Source of the DNA: a virus
Lineage: Duplodnaviria > Caudoviricetes
Length of the DNA stretch: 61,108 nucleotides
IMG/VR virus record: IMGVR_UViG_3300007512_000037
Coordinates: 1-61,108 of that record
Direction: 5' to 3' (one strand)
The notes beneath the pieces were generated by a model that worked only from the letters and a program-made list of their open reading frames with translations, had not been told where the DNA came from and searched no databases. Position numbers and translations under genes: made by a program. This document shows positions 38,100-46,836 of this stretch, piece by piece. The number at the start of each line of letters is the position of its first letter. Within the stretch, counting starts at the first letter, position 1.

Positions 38100-39111
38100 T
38101 AATAGCACAGGGAACGCAGAAATCTCAGAAGTGGGGTTCGTTCCTTATGAGTTTGAATTTACAACTCAAGCTAAATCTGATGGCTATTTTGACTTAGGTT
38201 TCCTAGTATCTAACCCTAAAGAAGTCTTTGCTAAGATACCCGGAGGCCCGTGGCTGGATAACAGTTTATGGCTTTCTACCGATCCCCCGGACTTTATTTT
38301 AAGCACAGTATCTAACCAAACTAGGTTTACTTTTGTTGACCCTAGTTTATCTGCCGGGCTTCCAAAAACAGGAACTAAGCTTATAGTATTGGTTAAGAAG
38401 CTGGATAATAAAGGAGAGGTAGCCTTGAACAGTGGTATAAGAACTAATGTCTCCTATTTAAAAAGTACCGATACCTTATCTATAGAAGCTTGGTTTACAC
38501 AGAACAGCAAGACTGTACTAACTGCTACTAGCTGTACCATTACTGTTTATAATGATGACGGAGGTATTATTTATGCTCCGGCTGCAAGCACAGACTCAAA
38601 CGGGGAAGGCGTATTCAAGTTTAGTAAAAACCCCTCAGGACTAGTACCGGAAGATTCCTACAGAGCTAAAATTGTAATTGTCATAGACGGGAATACCTAT
38701 AATGAAATGATCTCCATAGGGAAAATTGATATTACTGATAATCCCGTTGGGATAGCAGACCAAGTATGGGACGAGCTTTTAGCAGAACATACTATAGCAG
38801 GCTCTATGGCTCAATCTATGGATGATGCAGTAGAAGGTAACTTAGGTGATATAGCGGAAGCAGTCTGGGATGCAGTTATCAAAAATTATGACGATCCTGG
38901 CAGCTCAGGAAGAGCTTTAAATGATATTTGGGGTATCTCAGGTGTTAATCATAAGAAAACCTTCTCATACCTCGCTAATGGGAGCCTGGATACCGTTACT
39001 ATAAATCTTTACTGGGATAAGAACCTTACAGACCTTAGAAAGACTATTACAGGTCAGGTTTCAAGCTACCTAGGAGCTTTACCGGGTCTTTTAGAAATTA
39101 AGGATTCATAA
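38080..39111 (+). CDS. putative virion structural protein
   Basis: Ig-like beta region plus repeated IADQVWDE / IAEAVWDA motif seen in phage structural proteins. Confidence 0.6.
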   Translation: MIQYLVNNSTGNAEISEVGFVPYEFEFTTQAKSDGYFDLGFLVSNPKEVFAKIPGGPWLDNSLWLSTDPPDFILSTVSNQTRFTFVDPSLSAGLPKTGTKLIVLVKKLDNKGEVALNSGIRTNVSYLKSTDTLSIEAWFTQNSKTVLTATSCTITVYNDDGGIIYAPAASTDSNGEGVFKFSKNPSGLVPEDSYRAKIVIVIDGNTYNEMISIGKIDITDNPVGIADQVWDELLAEHTIAGSMAQSMDDAVEGNLGDIAEAVWDAVIKNYDDPGSSGRALNDIWGISGVNHKKTFSYLANGSLDTVTINLYWDKNLTDLRKTITGQVSSYLGALPGLLEIKDS

Positions 39112-39359
39112 TGCCTGTGGCTACTGTTAAGGGGTATGTAAGGGGAGTAGAAGAAGATACCCATAAAAAGCCCCTAGAAATTACCAGTCCGGGGATAACA
39201 GGAGATTCTTTAGGGTGCTTAACCGGGGGTGTTTTATCTGCTAAAGCCCACCTTAAAACCGTGGCTATAACTAAAGGGTATATAACTTCCGTAGCAAAAA
39301 CCGTAAAAGGGTTTATAGGCAATAGCCCTATAATTATCAAAGGATTTGTAAAAAGATGA
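39111..39359 (+). CDS. small repetitive protein
   Basis: 82 aa, coupled at both ends; four xxxKG(Y/F)(V/I) repeats. Confidence 0.6.
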   Translation: MPVATVKGYVRGVEEDTHKKPLEITSPGITGDSLGCLTGGVLSAKAHLKTVAITKGYITSVAKTVKGFIGNSPIIIKGFVKR

Positions 39360-39712
39360 GTGTACCTGTAATAAAAATAGGCGAAGGCAGAACTATAAGG
39401 TATGAGCATCACACAGACCCGGACGATCCTTTGAAAAACATTGATTCCACACCCATCGAAGACCTATCAACGATCACTCTTGCGCTGTCAAAAATGTTCT
39501 TTAGAAGCCCCGCTTTGCAGGTGACAGAAATAGTACCGTCGTTCACTACAGACGGCTCTGATGGCCTTCTTGAGTATGCGATACAAGGCAATGAGGAGTG
39601 GTTGGATGTTGCAGGGGATTGGCTTTTTTGGACTCAGCCATACTTCTCAGCAGGATCAGCCCCTATGTCCGATCCTAAGCCTTTTACTGTTAAATACGCA
39701 GTAGATTTGTAA
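39356..39712 (+). CDS. BppU N-terminal-like baseplate/adaptor protein
   Basis: TDGSDGLLEY...LDVAGDW...FTV pattern. Confidence 0.55.
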   Translation: MSVPVIKIGEGRTIRYEHHTDPDDPLKNIDSTPIEDLSTITLALSKMFFRSPALQVTEIVPSFTTDGSDGLLEYAIQGNEEWLDVAGDWLFWTQPYFSAGSAPMSDPKPFTVKYAVDL

Positions 39713-39799
39713 GTGATATTACAAATACAAGCAGAAATATCCCTATTATTAAAGCACAGGATAAATAATCTACTAAATCCTTCTTAAAGCTACGCTTTT

Positions 39800-40327
39800 C
39801 TACAGTTTTCTTCGATTTCGCAAGTCTATTCCGTATTTATTAAGCATTTTAATAAGCACTTTTTTATCGTGTAAATTAAATATGGGTATGCCTAAATCCC
39901 TGGCAAATCGTAAAGCTTGACCGGTTCCGCCGGAATCTAATCCGTCCCTTGTCCAGCAGATAACAGCTTTACTGTGTGTTTTATTAGCTAGTCCGACAAT
40001 TTGGTGCATGTTTCTAGCCATAAGAGCTTTCACGCCTCGTTTTAAAGAGTACCAATTTGGGTGGTATTTCTCTGCTAACTTATAGGCCCAGTCTTGAGGC
40101 TCAAAGAAAGGGGATTGGTTACCATTAAAACCCTCCCAAGGTAGGTATATATGTTTATTTATGTGATTAGTAACTCCAAACTCGAAAGCAGAGTCTGCAC
40201 CGTAGGCTCCGCCCGATCTAAGCGTGTACCCTCTGCTCTCTAAGTGCCTAGCAATCCTAATCATGTATGCTCGTATTTTTGTAGGGGTAGCTCTTGCCCC
40301 TATGCCTGTATAGTATTTACGTGTCAC
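39800..40327 (-). CDS. SLOG / DprA-like nucleotide-binding protein
   Basis: YTGIGAR, LRSGGAYGADSAFE, ARN, SGGTGQA motifs. Confidence 0.85.
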   Translation of the reverse strand: MTRKYYTGIGARATPTKIRAYMIRIARHLESRGYTLRSGGAYGADSAFEFGVTNHINKHIYLPWEGFNGNQSPFFEPQDWAYKLAEKYHPNWYSLKRGVKALMARNMHQIVGLANKTHSKAVICWTRDGLDSGGTGQALRFARDLGIPIFNLHDKKVLIKMLNKYGIDLRNRRKL

Positions 40328-40365
40328 TCAAGCTCTCCATAACTCTAACGTGGTGGGATATTCCA

Positions 40366-41700
40366 TTACTCTTCCTCCATTCTTAATCTAGTCATATCAA
40401 CCTTAACCATCACGGTTTTATACTTATTCCCTACCCTGTTTCTGGCTATGTAGAAGATAAATTTTACGTCTTCCATATCCTGATTTTCATTCTTCTGCAG
40501 TTCATTGATAGATACCAAGCAATCCGGCACTTGCCCCACGGCTTTAGCCTTTCCACAATTCTGTAATTTCAGGGTTTTTACTCTAGGGTCTTTTTCCGCT
40601 GCCTGTATTGCTCCAATACCCGCAACCTCCAATTTTCTAAAAACCCTTTTTACTGCCCTATGTATATCTTCTATTTGTTTCCAGTTCCCCTGTCCCCCCT
40701 CTTCCCCTTCCACTTTAGTTTCCGGTTCTAATAGTTGGGGGTAATCAATAATCACAATATCAAGCTTGATACCTTCTACCTTCTCTAGTTTTCTGGCTAA
40801 GTTATACACTCCCGTAGGCGTAAGCTTATACTCATCACGTTCTACCACAAATAACTTGCCTAATCTCTTATTATCTACTAATTCCTCATGTTTTTGTATA
40901 GCTTTGCTTGCTGCCATGTCCGGCGTTAATCTATGCCTTTGCACACCGGTAGCGGCAGAAACATACTTTTTATAGATTTCTGCTTTGCTGTCCTCAAGGG
41001 TAATATGTAGTACATTTCTGAGGTTTAGCCTTGCTTGATGCCCAAGAGCAACCATAGCAGTAGTTTTACATACGTTCGGGTAACTTAGGAAACAGAAGTA
41101 CTCTCCTCTCGCTATCCCGCCATCTAAAATACTCTGATCATTCAGCGTAGGGGTAAATGTAGGGCAAACTATCTCCCTGGTCTTAGGGTCTAGTAATATG
41201 TGTATATCTTTGGATATCTCTGTAAAGTCTGCCTCTCCTACTTTTCCGATATCAGCCAGCTTTTCCATATCCACCATCATTCGATTGAAGTCTATTTTTC
41301 CGCTTTCTTCAAAAGAATCAACATGAGAATTTAGAAATTTAATCCCTTCCATGTGCTGAATAAATGGGATTAGCTTATCTGATACCCAATCAGAATCAGG
41401 TAGGTTAGACCACACAGATTTAACTAAAGTGTAAACATCCTGCTTAGCGGCGGCGTTCTTTAAAGCATCCGGTAGATTATTACTGTCGTACAGTGTTTTT
41501 ATATGTATCCCTATTTCGCTCTTTTTAGGGCAACGTTCATATTTTTTGGCAAAGTCTACTAATACTGCCAATAGTATTTTCTGTGATGCAGACCTAAAGT
41601 ATGCCTCATCTAGCACAGAGTAAAAATTAAGTAAAAATTCCCTATTCTGTAGGCATAGAGATAAAACCTGTTTTGCAAAGTTGTTGTTATCAAACAGCAC
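40366..41700 (-). CDS. dnaB: DnaB-like replicative helicase
   Basis: LDGGIARGE, Walker A-like SYPNVCKT, HITLE, IIDYPQLL, ARNR. Confidence 0.9.
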   Translation of the reverse strand: MLFDNNNFAKQVLSLCLQNREFLLNFYSVLDEAYFRSASQKILLAVLVDFAKKYERCPKKSEIGIHIKTLYDSNNLPDALKNAAAKQDVYTLVKSVWSNLPDSDWVSDKLIPFIQHMEGIKFLNSHVDSFEESGKIDFNRMMVDMEKLADIGKVGEADFTEISKDIHILLDPKTREIVCPTFTPTLNDQSILDGGIARGEYFCFLSYPNVCKTTAMVALGHQARLNLRNVLHITLEDSKAEIYKKYVSAATGVQRHRLTPDMAASKAIQKHEELVDNKRLGKLFVVERDEYKLTPTGVYNLARKLEKVEGIKLDIVIIDYPQLLEPETKVEGEEGGQGNWKQIEDIHRAVKRVFRKLEVAGIGAIQAAEKDPRVKTLKLQNCGKAKAVGQVPDCLVSINELQKNENQDMEDVKFIFYIARNRVGNKYKTVMVKVDMTRLRMEEE

Positions 41701-42316
41701 TTGAATTCTCCTTCTTGTAAAATTTAAGCCAATACCACGTATTAAACGGGTACATAGCTTTTTCGTACTCCTTCATTATTTGTTTTCCTATCTGGAATTG
41801 ATTAATTACTTTTAACCTTTTAGTAAAATCATCCGGCAAAGAACCCCACACTAAGCATGGGTAGTGTAATGCCTTCCACCAAGAGTATATTAAGGGGTTT
41901 GCTTGTATTAGAAGGTACTTATCTTCGTCTTCCCGCATACTGTGATACTTGGTAAAGTATTCTTGAGAGGATTTCTGAATCCTGCTTCTTATTTTCTCCA
42001 GGTCTAGCCTATTCCCATTTTCTTGATTAAATTTCTCCGGGAAAATGTTTTCTCTATTAAGTAGTATCCTTTTAATGGCAAACTCAAAATCCCCTCTTAT
42101 CATTCCCGACGGCTTAAAAACCAAATCATAGTCTTTGCAGTACCATATCCACCATTTTACTAGAGCTTCTATAGGCATTTTGTATTGGTTTTCCACGTAG
42201 CCTAAACAATCCCCTAAAAGTTTTGTTTTAGACTCAGTTAACCCCCATTTTAATTCTTCATCATAGAATTTTAGGTATAGTCTACTGACTAATTCTTTTA
42301 TATCTTCATTGTCCAT
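41690..42316 (-). CDS. hypothetical protein upstream of helicase
   Basis: 208 aa overlapping the helicase start; loader role is speculation. Confidence 0.65.
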   Translation of the reverse strand: MDNEDIKELVSRLYLKFYDEELKWGLTESKTKLLGDCLGYVENQYKMPIEALVKWWIWYCKDYDLVFKPSGMIRGDFEFAIKRILLNRENIFPEKFNQENGNRLDLEKIRSRIQKSSQEYFTKYHSMREDEDKYLLIQANPLIYSWWKALHYPCLVWGSLPDDFTKRLKVINQFQIGKQIMKEYEKAMYPFNTWYWLKFYKKENSSAV

Positions 42317-42415
42317 AAAATCTCTTACTGTTTGGTTTGGTAGGGTACAGGCATCAATAAGAATAAAGTCTGTACCCCTTGAAAAGAAAAAAGGGTAAAA
42401 AAGAAAACTGACCCC

Positions 42416-42444
42416 ATGATGCCCCGGTTTTTACCCGGTGTCAA
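42416..42444 (-). promoter_or_regulatory. putative leftward promoter of helicase operon
   Basis: Minus strand TTGACA, 17-nt spacer, CATCAT (weak -10). Confidence 0.4.
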
Positions 42445-42554
42445 ATTGGCTATACAAAGCTCAAAGTAAAATACCTGATCCAAGTTTTGAATTTTGCCGA
42501 ACTTCTCCCAAATTCATACATTTTCAAACAATTTTATACGAATATAGAAAAAGA

Positions 42555-42584
42555 TTGACAAACCCAAACAAGTCGAGGTATATT
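42555..42584 (+). promoter_or_regulatory. sigma70-type promoter of replication operon
   Basis: TTGACA, 18-nt spacer, TATATT; A-rich upstream. Confidence 0.7.
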
Positions 42585-42621
42585 GAAAATGGGCCTCTGA
42601 ATCCGGCCCAGGAGTAAGAGA

Positions 42622-43569
42622 ATGGCCTTAGGCGATAAAAGATTCAAAAGAAAGCAGATTACCTCAAAGTTTTACGGTTTAGTAAATAATACCGAACTTA
42701 GGTATGACTGCCCAGAATGTACGGACACTAAGGGCCGCTTTTTTCTGAATCGTAATACTCAGAAATTTATCTGCCATAATTGCGGTATCCGTGGTCAAGT
42801 TTCTGAATTCGCTGTTGAGCAGTTTAAGAAAGCGGAAACGGGCGAATTGAAATATGCGGGGATGGCGCTATCGGAAGTAGATGCCTCCGAGTATAAGGTT
42901 AGGCTTGACCTAGAAGATGATAAAGAAGCTTTTACTAAGTTTATGTCTTCTAGGGGTTTTCAGGATGTAGAACAGTTTCCTGTTATTCCAATGTGTAAAA
43001 ATGTGCAGTACAGAAATAGATTAGCAATTAAGTGTACTTCTATTTTATCTACTAAAGAGTTTTGGAACTTACGGGATATAACAGGTAAGGCGGATAAGAA
43101 AGTATTGTTTCCTAAAACTTGCGCTAATATTGCTAGAAAATCTAATGCTGTTTTATGGAACCCTGCAGTTAATATTAAAGAATTACTTATAACTAAGGGC
43201 AGTATTATACCTGTAGTAGTAGAGGGGGATATGGCCGCATTATCAGTTTTTAGAAAACTGGGGAATAATTACTACATAGGGTTAGCTGTTTTTGGTAAGG
43301 ATATATCTGCTGCACAGGCTAGGTATTTATCTAGTTTTAAAGAAGTTCTTTATATGCCGGATGCAGACACTACAACTAAAGAACAAGAGAAAGCTATAAA
43401 TAAACTTATGTTGGGCGGTTGCGAAGAAGTTAAAGTTTACCAAGGCTCACAGTATTTAGATGGTAAAGATGACGCTAACGATATTTTTAAGAGACAGGGT
43501 AACTGGGATTGGTTTAACCCTAGTACGTTTACTAAAAGATCAGTTAGTAAGATAAAACTAAAACTTTGA
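42622..43569 (+). CDS. DNA primase (Zn finger + TOPRIM)
   Basis: CPEC...CHNC zinc finger, VVVEG, MPDAD, KDDAND. Confidence 0.9.
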   Translation: MALGDKRFKRKQITSKFYGLVNNTELRYDCPECTDTKGRFFLNRNTQKFICHNCGIRGQVSEFAVEQFKKAETGELKYAGMALSEVDASEYKVRLDLEDDKEAFTKFMSSRGFQDVEQFPVIPMCKNVQYRNRLAIKCTSILSTKEFWNLRDITGKADKKVLFPKTCANIARKSNAVLWNPAVNIKELLITKGSIIPVVVEGDMAALSVFRKLGNNYYIGLAVFGKDISAAQARYLSSFKEVLYMPDADTTTKEQEKAINKLMLGGCEEVKVYQGSQYLDGKDDANDIFKRQGNWDWFNPSTFTKRSVSKIKLKL

Positions 43570-43632
43570 ATCAGTGTTCAAAGATTAACAGGTTACAGGC
43601 TGACCTACTAAAAGCCTATAAGGAGATTTGAT

Positions 43633-44091
43633 ATGGGAAATATTACTTTTAAAGTAAAAAAGATGGATCAGCTTGAAATTTGTATTGAAGGTGTTGATAC
43701 AAACTCTTTAGCTCAGGCACTTGCATATGCGGGTATTCTTAATACAGAAAGTAAAGTGCAAGTTCCGGGCCATGTAAGGGCCTTAGGTAAGGTCGAAGAC
43801 TCCGAGGACTTTCTGTCTGAAACAGAAGAAATTGTTAAAGATACGAAAAGCTCTAAAAAAGAGGCAAGTAAAGGTAAGGCAAAGGAAGATCCTAAAAAGG
43901 AGCCTGAGCCTAAGGAAACAAAAGTTGAAGAACCTGAGGAAAGCTTTAAAGATTCTGTTTCATCGGATGATGATTTTGATGATGAGCCTTTTAAAGATGA
44001 TGAATCTTTGGGGGATGATTTTGAGAACGATTCAAAGGAGGCTACTGATACGGACGATTTTGAATTTTCAGACGACGATTTCAAGGACTAA
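43633..44091 (+). CDS. hypothetical protein with very acidic C-terminus
   Basis: TAAGGAG SD; ends DTDDFEFSDDDFKD. Confidence 0.75.
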   Translation: MGNITFKVKKMDQLEICIEGVDTNSLAQALAYAGILNTESKVQVPGHVRALGKVEDSEDFLSETEEIVKDTKSSKKEASKGKAKEDPKKEPEPKETKVEEPEESFKDSVSSDDDFDDEPFKDDESLGDDFENDSKEATDTDDFEFSDDDFKD

Positions 44092-44116
44092 AGACCCCAT
44101 GCTTTAGTTTTTGAAA

Positions 44117-44193
44117 GGCGGGTAGTGAGGCCTTGTTTTCACGTTCTCTAGTGAAACCCTACTTTCACGCTCTCACGGTTTACACTACCCGCC
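44117..44193 (+). promoter_or_regulatory. structured leader upstream of polymerase gene
   Basis: 11-bp perfect stem GGCGGGTAGTG/CACTACCCGCC enclosing alternative inner hairpins; ends 12 nt before GGAGG SD. Confidence 0.6.
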
Positions 44194-44216
44194 ACTAACT
44201 TTTATGGAGGAAGATA

Positions 44217-46427
44217 ATGAGTAAAGAATGTACGAAATGCGAATTACATAGGTATGTAAGTGACGAATATCTGGAACAGTACCATAGGACTATTCAGAAA
44301 ATTAATCATGTAGAAGGGGAAGCTCCTGCTTTGCTGGTAATTATGCCTGCTCCTGATTTTGAACAAGATAGAAGAGTAAAGCAGTTTAGAAATCTTATGG
44401 ACAAACATTATAGGCACTATGATGATACTCAGATTTATTTATTTCACGCTGTTAGCTGTAACTACCCGAAGGGGAAAACTCTAAGTAAAAAGTGGATCGG
44501 TTTGTGTTCAGATAATCTAAAATTCGCAATAGAGGCCATAAAGAAAAAGCATAATGTTCTATCGGCCCTAGCTTGCGGGGTTGACTCTATTGTAGCGCTT
44601 AAGAAACTAGGGTTTGAGTTCTCAGATAAGCATAAGTCTTCAATCATGTATAACCGTAGGGTTAGGCATACTATAAATCCTTATGGTATTCCTACTTTTT
44701 GCGCTAGGACGTTCGATAAGCAGACTGTGGGTTCTTATAACGAAATGGTATGGGCTAGTGATCTAAAGTTTATGTGTGATTCCTTGGAAGGAAAGGTAAA
44801 GAAGCTTTCATATAAGCACCAATTAGTTTTAGGATCAGATCAAATAAAGAAGTTACATAGAGTAATTGAGAGAAAAATAAAGGAAAATGGAGAAATATGT
44901 GTATCAATAGATACAGAAACTAATAAGCTATCTATATACGGCAGAGAGTTAAGATTAAAGCTTCTAACAGTTCAGCTATCCTTCGAGTCCGGCAGAGCGT
45001 TTGTAATTCCTATTCAACATAAAGAGACTCCTAAGTTTGAGGATGATTTGAATATTAAATTCCTGCGCTGGTTTCTAAAGAATCCTAAAATCAAAAAAAT
45101 TGCTCATAACGGTATGTACGATTGGAGAGTTTTTAGAAAGTTAGGGTTTCAAATTAATGGGTGGGATTGGGATACCATTCTATTACATCATCTAGCTTAT
45201 GCTACTGAACCTCATGCGTTATCATATATAACTAAAGTTTTCACAGACTATGGGGATTACGACTCCGAGCTAGAGCATTATAAGTCAGATAATCCAGAGG
45301 CAGACCCTGGAAAAGGGGGAACTTACGCTAATGTACCTCTTAAAATACTGGCTAAGTATGGGGCCGGGGATGCGGTAGTTACATACGATTTACTGGCTAT
45401 TTTATTGGATGCTGTGGATGAGCTGGGGTTAAAGGAGTTTTATTTTAATCATGTGCGACGAGCGCAATTAGCTTTTCTGAATATGTCACATACGGGGATG
45501 AATTTAGATGAGGATAAATTGCGCTCGTATTTTAAGGAATACCAAGAGGAGCTGGATAGGTATTACAGGGAAGAAATATCACAACTACCCACAGTAATAG
45601 AGTTTGAAAAGAATAATGAAAAGAATAAGGAATACTGGGAGTTTATTAAAGATAGAGACGCATGGTGGAAAGCTAATCCTAGAAAGAAGAAGCCGCCACA
45701 AAAAAAGGAGTTTAACCCTAAAAGTTCGGATCAGTTAGGGGTATTTTTATCAGAGTTTTGTGATTTGCCTGTATTACTTAGGAGTAAAGGAAAGCAGTTA
45801 CCTTCCTATAGTAAAGAAGTAAGGGAGCATTTAATGTCCCTGCCTGAGGAGAAAAACGAGTATGGGGTAAGCTTTAGAATAGTCCATATTTTACATGACC
45901 ATCTTCTACAACGTCATGAGTTTAATACCTATATAAAAGGGATGTTAAATTCGGATATTATAGGATTAGATGGACGAATTCACGGTAATTTCAAGCTATT
46001 TGGTGCTGTTACTGGTAGAACTAGCTCTAGTGATCCCAATATGCAGAATATCCCAAGAAAGCCGCTGGTTGAGAAGTTTAATATTAAAGGACTGTTCACC
46101 GCGCCTAAAGGTAAAAAAATAATACAAGCCGACTACGGGCAAATGGAGCTTAGAGTAGCGGCCTCGGTATCCCAGGATGAGGGTATGCTTAAAGCTTTTA
46201 ATGACGGGGTGGATATTCATACTCTTACGGCGGCTAGGTTATATGGAATATCTACAGAAGAAGTGACAGATTTACAAAGGTTTTCAGCCAAGGCTATTAA
46301 CTTTGGGCTTATTTACGGCAAGGGGGAGGCTGCCTTAGCAGCCGACTACTACAAAGCGCTAGACGGGGATAAGGAAAAAGCTAAGGAAATGTATAGGAAG
46401 CTAGAACTGGAGGGCTACGGTGTATAG
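44217..46427 (+). CDS. polA: family A DNA polymerase, N-terminal fragment (UDG-like, 3'-5' exonuclease, thumb, motifs A and B)
   Basis: IDTET, HNGMYD, YGAGD, TGRTSSSDPNMQNIP, ADYGQMELRV, RFSAKAINFGLIYG; stops 36 codons after motif B. Confidence 0.95.
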   Translation: MSKECTKCELHRYVSDEYLEQYHRTIQKINHVEGEAPALLVIMPAPDFEQDRRVKQFRNLMDKHYRHYDDTQIYLFHAVSCNYPKGKTLSKKWIGLCSDNLKFAIEAIKKKHNVLSALACGVDSIVALKKLGFEFSDKHKSSIMYNRRVRHTINPYGIPTFCARTFDKQTVGSYNEMVWASDLKFMCDSLEGKVKKLSYKHQLVLGSDQIKKLHRVIERKIKENGEICVSIDTETNKLSIYGRELRLKLLTVQLSFESGRAFVIPIQHKETPKFEDDLNIKFLRWFLKNPKIKKIAHNGMYDWRVFRKLGFQINGWDWDTILLHHLAYATEPHALSYITKVFTDYGDYDSELEHYKSDNPEADPGKGGTYANVPLKILAKYGAGDAVVTYDLLAILLDAVDELGLKEFYFNHVRRAQLAFLNMSHTGMNLDEDKLRSYFKEYQEELDRYYREEISQLPTVIEFEKNNEKNKEYWEFIKDRDAWWKANPRKKKPPQKKEFNPKSSDQLGVFLSEFCDLPVLLRSKGKQLPSYSKEVREHLMSLPEEKNEYGVSFRIVHILHDHLLQRHEFNTYIKGMLNSDIIGLDGRIHGNFKLFGAVTGRTSSSDPNMQNIPRKPLVEKFNIKGLFTAPKGKKIIQADYGQMELRVAASVSQDEGMLKAFNDGVDIHTLTAARLYGISTEEVTDLQRFSAKAINFGLIYGKGEAALAADYYKALDGDKEKAKEMYRKLELEGYGV

Positions 46428-46836
46428 GGGCATTATAGATTATAGGAATGCAGAGCTGGAAGATCATTGTTTATGTAATGACCTAAACACAAGGCGGAAG
46501 TTTAAGGCTACCCATGAAAGTACGCCATCCGAGATAGTGTGCATTAGGTGTTTTAAAAAGTATTGGTATGTGTATTCTGATTATTTTACAGATAAGAAAT
46601 TCTTGTTCCCTATAAGAGCTTATACAGAACTGGAAAAGGCTATAAGCATTTTAGGGCTGCCCGAATTAGGCGCACCTAGTTCATGGACTGAGCGCAGGTA
46701 TAACGAAATTTGTGAGCTTGTTTGTATTGACGAAGGGCATAGATCGGAGTTCTTTAATTTTTTTGATGCTTTTAGGTACGGTGTGCTTGAGCATAAGGCA
46801 GATTTGGGGGTTATGAATGGCTCGTTTAGACATTGA
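46420..46836 (+). CDS. Cys-rich orphan gene inserted within polA
   Basis: GGAGGG SD 5 nt before GTG 46420; CxC and CxxC; overlaps both polA parts. Confidence 0.7.
   Translation: MYRGIIDYRNAELEDHCLCNDLNTRRKFKATHESTPSEIVCIRCFKKYWYVYSDYFTDKKFLFPIRAYTELEKAISILGLPELGAPSSWTERRYNEICELVCIDEGHRSEFFNFFDAFRYGVLEHKADLGVMNGSFRH

Noticed and set aside
46419-46830. T4 gene 60-style ribosomal bypass or TAG read-through
   Set aside because: No matching in-frame GTA landing codon near the second part, which has its own initiation signals; read-through meets further TAG and TAA stops within 20 codons. Not formally excluded.
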